A stretch of 24,792 bases of DNA, taken from assembly GCA_938084645.1 (NCBI GenBank), contig CALKEP010000042.1, forward strand, positions 1 to 24,792, in the 5' to 3' direction. This document shows positions 1 to 7,147 of the stretch, in pieces (position 1 is the first letter of the stretch; every line of letters begins with the position of its first letter). Under the pieces are notes generated by a model. It made no database searches and was not told where the DNA came from. It saw only the letters and a list, made by a program, of their open reading frames with translations. The stretch comes from an uncultured Phycisphaerales bacterium (lineage in GTDB: Bacteria; Planctomycetota; Phycisphaerae; Phycisphaerales; SM1A02). Made by a program: the position numbers and the translations under genes.

Positions 1-1152
1 GAGGATTCCAGCGACGTCCGCGGCCGTGGTCCAGGGCACGTTGGTGTCCGTACCACCGTTGTTCGTGCCGATCCACAGCATGAAGTGCGTCACCTCGTGG
101 GCGAGGATGTGCCGGATCAACGCCTCGTCCGTGTAGCCGCCGGGATAGGCGCCGGTGGAAGTCGGTACCAACGGGCTTTCGGGGTGGCCGAACGGAAGCA
201 GGTGGTTCTCGGTGCGCCATCCGCCCTCGCCGATGTAGGAGAGCCCGAATCCCGAATCGAGTTCGAGATCGGTGATGATCGTCCCGGGCAGCGCGGTTCG
301 GATCCCGCTGGTGAGCGGCCCCACGCCCGACGTGAAGAGTCCGGTACCGACGTTGCCCAGTCCGTCCGTGCTTCCCGGGATGACGTGGTCGAACCAGACG
401 AGGCTCGGGTCCGCGGGACAGTCGAATTCATGGGCGACTTCGGTGGCGGTCCATCCGGTCCCGCCGGCCGAGTTCCGCGACCTGATCGTCCATTCGGTGC
501 GGAAGGCGGGTTGATCGGCCGCGACGATCATGGTGCGGTGTCGCTCCAGGTGTCCGGACCGAAGGAACCTTCCCTGGCCGTCGGCGTCGCGGAACATGCC
601 GCTTTGATACGAGAAGCTGTTGAGGTTGACGCCGGAGGAGATCGCGCGGCCCGACCAGTCTTCGGCTTCGGCTTCGATCGCCCGAAGCGGCCAGGTGTTC
701 GCGCCGGCGAAGGCCTCGAAACCCGGGACGGACTGGCCCGGCCGGATGATCGGGTAGTTCGGGGGTGTCGCGAATTCGACCCAGCTCCCGGTCGCCGTCG
801 AGTTCGAGAGCGGTGACGTCTGGATCTGCCGCCACCGTCGCGGCTGCCAGTCGAGGAGGTAGCCGGTGTACATCCAGTCCGGCTGGCTGAAGACGTTGAT
901 GCTGTCGCCGACGATCGCCAGGTTCGCATCGCCACCGACCACGCCTTCCGCGAAGGCCCCGAGGTTCTTCGACATCTCGATGCCGGTCGACCTCGCGAGC
1001 GGTCGGTCGGCGGAGCGGTCCGCCCGCGCCACAACGCGGTTGGCGACCCCATCGGTCACCGCCACCACGCATGTGAGCACAAGACAGATGGCGGCCATGT
1101 CGGTCGGTCTCCGGGTCGGGGTGGGATGACCGGAGACGACAATCCCGGGCAC
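1..1152 (-). CDS. Exported SGNH/GDSL-family hydrolase-like protein (3' end outside window)
   Basis: Hand-translated; absent from the ORF track because no stop lies in the window. GTG at 1152 has AAGGAGG 6 nt upstream (1159-1165); alternative ATG at 1098. Hydrophobic N-terminus (MAAICLVLTCVVAV), block I 'LAIVGDSI', block II-like 'GEGGWRT', block III-like 'FMLWIGTNN'. Confidence 0.7.
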   Translation of the reverse strand, partial: MPGIVVSGHPTPTRRPTDMAAICLVLTCVVAVTDGVANRVVARADRSADRPLARSTGIEMSKNLGAFAEGVVGGDANLAIVGDSINVFSQPDWMYTGYLLDWQPRRWRQIQTSPLSNSTATGSWVEFATPPNYPIIRPGQSVPGFEAFAGANTWPLRAIEAEAEDWSGRAISSGVNLNSFSYQSGMFRDADGQGRFLRSGHLERHRTMIVAADQPAFRTEWTIRSRNSAGGTGWTATEVAHEFDCPADPSLVWFDHVIPGSTDGLGNVGTGLFTSGVGPLTSGIRTALPGTIITDLELDSGFGLSYIGEGGWRTENHLLPFGHPESPLVPTSTGAYPGGYTDEALIRHILAHEVTHFMLWIGTNNGGTDTNVPWTTAADVAGIL

Positions 1153-1238
1153 CCACGACCTCCTTCAGGATGGAACCACTACGGCGTCGGTCCAACCAAG
1201 GGCCCGCAGATCCTGGCTTTTTGCTCGAAACAGCCCGC

Positions 1239-2429
1239 TCAACCCTCAAGAACGACGGCATTTCGCCGTCTGAGGCCCCGCAAGCGGACATGCAGCGGCG
1301 CGGCGGATCGCTTCGAGTCGAGTCCGCTCGCCAGGACCTCCAGCATCTCGATCAGTCCGTGGTAGTCGTCGACGCCGATGAACTCCGGTCCCACTTTCGC
1401 GGGACGCTGTCCGGCGACGACCTCGTCGATCGCCTGCATGTTGTGGTAGTTGCCCAGCGGCAGACAGAGGCACGTCGACTGGAAGCCGAACGCCGAGAAG
1501 GCGGTCGCCTCGCACGCGCCGCCCGCCATGAGCTTTCGCTGCCACTTGAACGACGGCGTCGCCGCCGCATGCGTGGTCATCAGGGCCGAGATGTCGTTGG
1601 TGAGATCCGGACTGAAGACGGTCATTCGGTCACCGACGCGGACGATGGGTCCGCCGTGGATGGGGCTCTCGGGAAAGGAGCGACTGTTCTCGAGGCAGAC
1701 CAGTCGGGCGTTCTTCGGCACCAGGCCGTTGGTCGCGGCGCCGATGGCGCCGACGAAGCCGACCTCCTCGGCCACCGTGAACAGCAGGCCGACGTGCTCC
1801 TGTCCCTTGCGAGTGCGAATCCGATCGAAGGCACAGAGTGCGGCAGCCGCGGCGGCGAGATCGTCGCACGCGTGCGTCTTCAAGAGTCTCTTCACGCCGC
1901 GGCCGGTGATCTTCGCATCGGGGAACGCCCATCTGCCGACGTCGCCCGGTGCGAGACCGGGTTGTCGCCGAGCGAGTCGCACGGTCACGGTCTTGAACGG
2001 GCAGGCGTCGTCGGGCTTCCGGAGTTCGGTGATCCGTCCACGCACGACCTGATCCTCGGTGTCGTGGAACTCGACCCGGGCGTCCTCGAAGTAGGGGTCG
2101 TGGACGCCGCCTCGAAACTCCGCCTCGACCGTTCGATCGTCGACGACCTTGGAGACCACGAACGCCGGATGGTCGAGATGGGCGGTGATCAGAAGCGGGG
2201 CGGGACCGCCACGTCGACGGCTGCGGGTCCGGCGGGTGACGAGGAGATTCCCGTCCGCATCCCGTTTCCACTCCAGCGTGCGACGCCGTTCGCCGAGCCA
2301 GCGGTCGAGATACGCCTGGACCCGGAATTCGCGTCCCGCCGCGGTGGGAAGCGAGGTCAGTTCGAGCGCGATCTTCTCGTGGCGGCGTCGATCGGCGGCG
2401 GTGGGACGATTCTGATGGCGTGCGGTCAT
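1239..2429 (-). CDS. M20/M42-type (clan MH) co-catalytic metallopeptidase/hydrolase
   Basis: Metal-ligand motifs in the expected order: TAHLDH, ACDDLAA, AEEVG, CLENS, NYHN. N-terminus 'LTSLPTAAGRE' is typical of the family. Confidence 0.85.
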   Translation of the reverse strand: MTARHQNRPTAADRRRHEKIALELTSLPTAAGREFRVQAYLDRWLGERRRTLEWKRDADGNLLVTRRTRSRRRGGPAPLLITAHLDHPAFVVSKVVDDRTVEAEFRGGVHDPYFEDARVEFHDTEDQVVRGRITELRKPDDACPFKTVTVRLARRQPGLAPGDVGRWAFPDAKITGRGVKRLLKTHACDDLAAAAAALCAFDRIRTRKGQEHVGLLFTVAEEVGFVGAIGAATNGLVPKNARLVCLENSRSFPESPIHGGPIVRVGDRMTVFSPDLTNDISALMTTHAAATPSFKWQRKLMAGGACEATAFSAFGFQSTCLCLPLGNYHNMQAIDEVVAGQRPAKVGPEFIGVDDYHGLIEMLEVLASGLDSKRSAAPLHVRLRGLRRRNAVVLEG

Positions 2430-2513
2430 CGAGGCATCCTACGTTCCGTCGCCGCCCCGGATACCACGATGTCGACCGCGGGTCTCGTGACGAGGGCGTA
2501 GGCTCTCGGAACC
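2430..2513. promoter_or_regulatory. Divergent promoter region with two TANNNT -10 boxes
   Basis: Minus strand TAGGAT (2436-2441) lies 6 nt before ATG 2429. Plus strand TAGGCT (2499-2504) lies 9 nt before ATG 2514. Neither gene has a strong SD. Confidence 0.5.
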
Positions 2514-4040
2514 ATGCCGCTGCTCGACTGGATCGTGGTCGTCGGATATCTCGCCATCGTGGCGGCGATCGGCGTCGTCGCGAGTCGACGTCACGATCGG
2601 GCGGACGCGTTTTTTCTCGCAGGTAGGTCGATCCCGGCCTGGGCCGCGTCGTTCAGCGTGGTGGCGACCGTGCTCAGTGCGGCGACCTTCGTCGGCATGC
2701 CCCAGCAGGCCTACCGCGGCGACCTGACCTACATGGTCTTCAAGTTCGCCGGGCTCCCCGCGTTGATCGTGGTCGGGATCTTCTTTCTTCCGGCCTTCTA
2801 CCGATCGACGCACGCCAGCATCTACGGGATCGTTCGCGAGCGATACGGTCCGGGTGCCGGCGCCGCGGCGGGGATCGGCTTCCTGGTGGGCCGGCTGCTG
2901 GCGAGTGGTGCGCGTCTGTTCATGGCCGCGCTCGCGGTGTCGTGGGTCCTGTTCGGCTCGGCGGAATCGGGTCCGTTGGCGCTGACCATCGCGCTGGTCG
3001 CGATCGGCACGGCGCTCTATGCGATCGCGGGGGGGATCCGGGCGATCATCTGGACCGACGTCCTGCAGGCGGTCGTGGCCGCGGTCGTCGGGGTCGTCGC
3101 GTTGATCGTCCTCTGGAACCTCGTCGATCGACCTCTGGACGATGTGATCGCGATGCTCCGGTCGGGCGGCGAGACCGGCCGCGACAAGTTGCGGATGTTC
3201 GACACCGCGGCCGACCCGTCGAAGTCCTTCGGTGTCTGGAGCGGCTTGTTCGGCCTGCCGATCTTCCTCGTCGCGGCGTATGCCGTCGATCAGGATCACG
3301 TGCAACGGTTGCTCGTCTGCAAGACGCCGAGGGACGGGCTTCGAGCCGGGGTGCTCAGCAATCTGATCGGATGGCCGATCGCTTTCGTCTTTCTCGCGAT
3401 CGGCCTGCTGCTCTGGGTCGAGACCCAGGTCCATGGGACCGCCCGGATCGGTGCGGATGGCGATGACCGTGCGGTGATGATCCAGTTCATGCTCACTGAG
3501 CTGCCGCTGGGAATTCGCGGCCTGATGGTCGCAGGTCTGCTCGCCGCCGCCATGAGCAGTCTCGATTCAGCGTTGAACGCGCTGGCGGCCACCACCATGA
3601 ACGATCTGGTGCAGCCGTGGCGAAAGCGTCGCGGGCGGGCACCGCTCGACGATCGAACCGTCACGCGGTGGAGTCGAGGTTCGATGGTCGGTTGGGCTGC
3701 TCTTCTGGCCGGGGTCGCGTTCACGCTTTCCATCTGGCAGGTTCGAAGCGGGAAGACGCTTCTGGAATTCGCACTGGGCGTCATGACCTATGCCTATGCC
3801 GGACTTCTGGGTGTCTTCCTCATCGCCATGTTCACCCGTCGGGGAACGGGGCGATCGGTCATCACGGCCTTGGTCGCCGGTGCGTTGGTCATTCTCTTCA
3901 CGGATCGAAACTTCCAGTCCGTCCTCGGGCTCGACTCGTACGTTCCCAGCCTGGCAATCGGATGGCGTCTGATGCTCGGGTCCGGATTGAGTGCCGCGAT
4001 CGCGGCGATTCCTGGTTCTCCGGAATCACCGAAGCGATAG
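2514..4040 (+). CDS. Sodium:solute symporter (SSS/SLC5 family)
   Basis: Highly hydrophobic 508 aa. Motifs FFLAGRSIPAWAASFSVVAT, GGIRAIIWTDVLQ, DQDHVQRLL and AAAMSSLDSALNA (Na2-site helix). Substrate not determinable. Confidence 0.93.
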   Translation: MPLLDWIVVVGYLAIVAAIGVVASRRHDRADAFFLAGRSIPAWAASFSVVATVLSAATFVGMPQQAYRGDLTYMVFKFAGLPALIVVGIFFLPAFYRSTHASIYGIVRERYGPGAGAAAGIGFLVGRLLASGARLFMAALAVSWVLFGSAESGPLALTIALVAIGTALYAIAGGIRAIIWTDVLQAVVAAVVGVVALIVLWNLVDRPLDDVIAMLRSGGETGRDKLRMFDTAADPSKSFGVWSGLFGLPIFLVAAYAVDQDHVQRLLVCKTPRDGLRAGVLSNLIGWPIAFVFLAIGLLLWVETQVHGTARIGADGDDRAVMIQFMLTELPLGIRGLMVAGLLAAAMSSLDSALNALAATTMNDLVQPWRKRRGRAPLDDRTVTRWSRGSMVGWAALLAGVAFTLSIWQVRSGKTLLEFALGVMTYAYAGLLGVFLIAMFTRRGTGRSVITALVAGALVILFTDRNFQSVLGLDSYVPSLAIGWRLMLGSGLSAAIAAIPGSPESPKR

Positions 4041-4086
4041 AAAAGACCCCCGCAGCGGCGAGCATGTCGTCGCTGCGGGAGTCCTT
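4041..4086. terminator. Probable intrinsic terminator between the convergent SSS and M56 genes
   Basis: Stem 4045-4061 pairs with 4067-4083 around loop GCATG. AAAA at 4041-4044 gives a U-tract on the minus (M56) strand. Confidence 0.7.
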
Positions 4087-4125
4087 GAGATCCGTCACCG
4101 GCGTCGAGGCCGATGCGTCATCGAT

Positions 4126-6390
4126 TCATTCGCCGGCCTGCTTCATCCGGTCGAGCCGCTGCTGCATCTGCTCGCGGGTCATCTCACCGTTTTTCACCAT
4201 CTCGGTCATCTTCCTGACCGCGGCGTCGTAGTCGGACATGGACCTTCGGCGATCACCGGCCTCCTCGTCCTTCGAATCGGCCTGCTTCATCCGGTCGAGC
4301 CGCTGCTGCATCTGCTCGCGGGTCATCTCACCGTTCTTCACCATCTCGGTCATCTTCCTGACCGCGGCGTCGTAGTCGGACATGGACCTTTCGCTCGCGG
4401 TCTTCTTCATGGCTTCGGCGTTCTTCGCCTCGGCGGCGCGGTAGCGCATCCACATCCGCTTCTCGCCCTCGTCGAACCTGGCCTTGGCGTCTTCCTCGCT
4501 GATCTCGCCGGCCGCGACCTGCTTGCGAAGGTCCATCCCCATGGTTCGGAGGCGTTCCTCGATCTTCGTCTTGAGTCCGTCGAGATCGATGCGTTCGGAC
4601 GTCGCGGTCTTCTTCATGGCTTCGGCGTTCTTCGCCTCGGCGGCGCGGTAGCGCATCCACATCCGCTTCTCGCCTTCCTCGAACCGGGCCTTGGCGTCGG
4701 CTTCGCTGATCTCGCCGGCCGCGACCTGCTTGCGGAGGTCCATCCCCATGGTTCGGAGGCGTTCCTCGATCTTCGTCTTGAGTTCGTCGAGATCGATGCG
4801 TTCGGACGTCGCGGCGTTCTTGATGGCGTCGGCGTGCTTCGCCTCGGCGGCGCGGTAGCGCATCCACATCCGCTTCTCGCCTTCGGCGAATCTCGCCTTG
4901 GCGTCGGCTTCGCTGATCTCGCCGGCCGCGACCTGCTTGCGGAGATCGGCGCCCATGGCCTTGATTCGGGCTTCGATGCCGGCCTTGAGTTCGTCGAGAT
5001 CGACCCGGTCGGTCTTCGACGATCCGGCCTGCTTCATGCGACCGAGCCGCTGCTGCATCTGCTCGCGAGTGATCGTGCCGTCCTCCACCATCTTCGTCAT
5101 CTTCTTGACCGCGGCGTCGTAGTCACGTTGCGAGCCGCCGGCGGAGGTGTTCTCCTCTTCGGCGGCCCGGTATCGCATCCACATCCGTCGTTCGGCTGCC
5201 GCGAATCTCGCCTTGGCGTCGGCTTCGCTGATCTCGCCGGCCGCGACCTGCTTGCGGAGATCGGCGCCCATGGCCTTGATTCGGGCTTCGATGCCGGCCT
5301 TGAGTTCGTCGAGATCGATGTCTCTCGCATCGCTGCCGCCGCGATCCTGCGCCAGGGCGATCGGATCGGTGATCGCGGTGCCGAACGTGAGGCCGGCGAC
5401 GGCGAGCAAGGTGCAGGCGGAGACGGCTCGCCACCCCGCGTTCAGGGACTGAGGTTGATTGGATCCGAAAAGACGCGAGATGCGGTGCATGAGCAGGCCT
5501 CCTGTTGCGGTGAGCAGATGGGGTGAATTGATCTTGTTGTGGTCCGCGCGGAGCGACTCGAGCGCGAGCAACGCTTCCGCGAAGGTCCGGGGAGAGCCCG
5601 TCACGAGCAGGGCGCTGTCGTCACAGCAGTTCTCGCGCTCCACGCGAATCTGCCGGGAGAGCCACCAGGTGACGGGATGGAAGAAGAGCAGGACCTCGAT
5701 GAAGGCCTGCAACATGTTCACCAGATGATCGCGTCGGGCGATGTGATACAGCTCGTGGGCGAGAACCGTCTGGAGTTGATCGGGGGTGAGCGAGGTGAAC
5801 GCGGTGGCGGGCACGAGCACCAGGGGTCGGAGCCAGCCCACGACCATCGGTGCGTCGACGATGTCACTCACCAGCATCGACACGCGGGATCGAACGCCGA
5901 TCTTCGACTTCAACGCCCCGAACCTCGTCGCCCACGCGGTGGAAGGTTCGGAGACGCCGATGATCCGGAGTCTTCGCACCCCGACCCACTGTCGGAACAG
6001 GCGAATCGACATGAGGGCGATTCCGGTGATCCACGCCCACGCCACCATCGAGAGCGACGAGAGGGGGAGTTCGGCCGCGTGGCCGCCGCGGTCTCGGATC
6101 TGCCCGGACATCTTCACGGTGGACGACGCGAGTTCCGCGGTCTTCGTGACGGCGACGTCGGTCTGAAGCCCGGTCGGTCCGGTGCTCGTCGACGCGAGGA
6201 ACACGAATGCCGAGCCCGTCCCGAGCAGGAGCGCGAGCAAACCGCCCACGGCGCAGGCGTACCGAGCCCGGGGGTCGGCGGCCTGATTCGATTTGAGCCA
6301 GACGAAGACCACGCCGCCGATCAAGGCGCCGATCCAAAGCATGTGGATGGCCGTCAGACCGAGCGTTTGGAGGAGTTGGGAGGAACTCAT
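4126..6390 (-). CDS. M56-family (BlaR1/MecR1-like) membrane metallopeptidase with C-terminal helical repeat array
   Basis: N-terminal TM helices, PMVVGWLRPLVLVP, zinc motif HELYH, FFHPVTWWL, ERENCCDD, GGLLMHRISRL. AAGGAGG SD at 6397-6403 and ATGA overlap with the upstream blaI-like gene. No penicillin-binding domain. Confidence 0.93.
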   Translation of the reverse strand: MSSSQLLQTLGLTAIHMLWIGALIGGVVFVWLKSNQAADPRARYACAVGGLLALLLGTGSAFVFLASTSTGPTGLQTDVAVTKTAELASSTVKMSGQIRDRGGHAAELPLSSLSMVAWAWITGIALMSIRLFRQWVGVRRLRIIGVSEPSTAWATRFGALKSKIGVRSRVSMLVSDIVDAPMVVGWLRPLVLVPATAFTSLTPDQLQTVLAHELYHIARRDHLVNMLQAFIEVLLFFHPVTWWLSRQIRVERENCCDDSALLVTGSPRTFAEALLALESLRADHNKINSPHLLTATGGLLMHRISRLFGSNQPQSLNAGWRAVSACTLLAVAGLTFGTAITDPIALAQDRGGSDARDIDLDELKAGIEARIKAMGADLRKQVAAGEISEADAKARFAAAERRMWMRYRAAEEENTSAGGSQRDYDAAVKKMTKMVEDGTITREQMQQRLGRMKQAGSSKTDRVDLDELKAGIEARIKAMGADLRKQVAAGEISEADAKARFAEGEKRMWMRYRAAEAKHADAIKNAATSERIDLDELKTKIEERLRTMGMDLRKQVAAGEISEADAKARFEEGEKRMWMRYRAAEAKNAEAMKKTATSERIDLDGLKTKIEERLRTMGMDLRKQVAAGEISEEDAKARFDEGEKRMWMRYRAAEAKNAEAMKKTASERSMSDYDAAVRKMTEMVKNGEMTREQMQQRLDRMKQADSKDEEAGDRRRSMSDYDAAVRKMTEMVKNGEMTREQMQQRLDRMKQAGE
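4134..5318 (-). repeat. Intragenic repeat array, gene order A1-B1-A2-A3-A4-B2-B3
   Basis: B3 4134-4246 and B2 4278-4390 (113 bp, 1 mismatch). A4, A3, A2 begin at 4395, 4602, 4809 (207-bp period). B1 5025-5124. 4886-5003 is identical to 5201-5318 (118 bp). Confidence 0.95.
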
Positions 6391-6794
6391 GCCGAGCCTC
6401 CTTCAATCTCGTCGAGGAACCGGCGGATCTTCGCGATCTCCTCGGGGGTCGAGGGTCGGCTGGAGAGCGCGCCGAGCACGAGGCTTTCGGTCGATCCACC
6501 GAACACCCGGTCGAGCAGGTCACCGACCATGTCGCGTTGGACATCGGCCTTGTCGCGGGCCGGGCTGAAGACCTGCGGTCGAACCGAAGCGTCGCGTTCG
6601 AGCAGGCCCTTCTCCGTCATGATCTGCATGAACTTCAGGACCGTCGTGTAGCCGACCTCCTGTCGCTGGGAGAGTTCTTCATAGACCTCGCGGACGGTCG
6701 CCGATCCTCGATCCCAGATGATCGAGAGGATGTTGCACTCGGCTTCGGTGGGTCGCCGGCGGCTGGGGTCGGGATTGGATTTGGGGCGGGCCAT
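6387..6794 (-). CDS. BlaI/MecI/CopY-family transcriptional repressor
   Basis: PTEAECNILSIIWDRGSATVREV, VGYTTVLKFMQIMTEKGLLER, LLDRVFGGS. Translationally coupled to the M56 gene. ATG 6794 preferred over the ORF-track start at 6848. Confidence 0.93.
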   Translation of the reverse strand: MARPKSNPDPSRRRPTEAECNILSIIWDRGSATVREVYEELSQRQEVGYTTVLKFMQIMTEKGLLERDASVRPQVFSPARDKADVQRDMVGDLLDRVFGGSTESLVLGALSSRPSTPEEIAKIRRFLDEIEGGSA

Positions 6795-6860
6795 GTCCGT
6801 GTGTTCCAGAGGGCGAGGGGTGTCGTTCGTTCGAGTATGAACCCGCACGTGACCACACGA

Positions 6861-6907
6861 TACGAAGAAATTCGTCGATGGCCACAGGGTTTACGAAACA
6901 TTTCGTA
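6861..6907. promoter_or_regulatory. Two palindromic putative BlaI-type operators
   Basis: TACGAAA-CA-TTTCGTA (6892-6907, perfect 7-bp arms) and TACGAA-GAAA-TTCGTC (6861-6876), 31 bp apart, in AT-rich DNA upstream of the repressor. Confidence 0.75.
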
Positions 6908-7147
6908 TTAATCTGCCTCGATGTCGCATCAAACCGAATCATTGGAACCCAGCCGTGGTATTTATCAGACTTGATCGTGGGGTTTCGTTGTGCAGGGACG
7001 GCCCCGGTCATTTCACGCGGCGATGTCGAATCCGCGGTGGTGGGGGGCGTGAATCGGCGCTCCCGATCCGTGCGCGGTCTCACATCGCTCGGCGCCCGTG
7101 TCCGATCGGATCGGGGGGCGGGGGCCGTCGACTACCATGTTTCTTCT

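Noticed and set aside
85..99. HEVTH as a zincin HExxH motif in the left-edge protein
   Set aside because: It falls just before the SGNH block III strand (FMLWIGTNN), so it is probably coincidental; it cannot be fully excluded without the C-terminus.
85..1291. ORF-track calls 85..816(+), 428..1291(-), 528..1052(-)
   Set aside because: Arg/Pro-rich with no motifs. The credible gene is the unlisted minus-strand frame 1..1152 with an SD and SGNH motifs.
4134..5318. CRISPR array or DGR template/variable repeat pair
   Set aside because: Units are 113-207 bp, in frame and protein-coding, with no unique spacers. No cas or reverse transcriptase gene is present and there is no adenine-specific mismatch pattern.
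3991..5526. 511-aa plus-strand repetitive ORF
   Set aside because: Antisense shadow of the M56 repeat array; long stop-free antisense frames are expected at this GC content.
4126..6794. Beta-lactam resistance locus
   Set aside because: There is no penicillin-binding sensor domain and no beta-lactamase or PBP gene nearby.
6910..7147. FMN riboswitch upstream of ribBX
   Set aside because: No RFN consensus segments are recognisable, and a -10 box sits 9 nt before the ATG, leaving no room for a leader.
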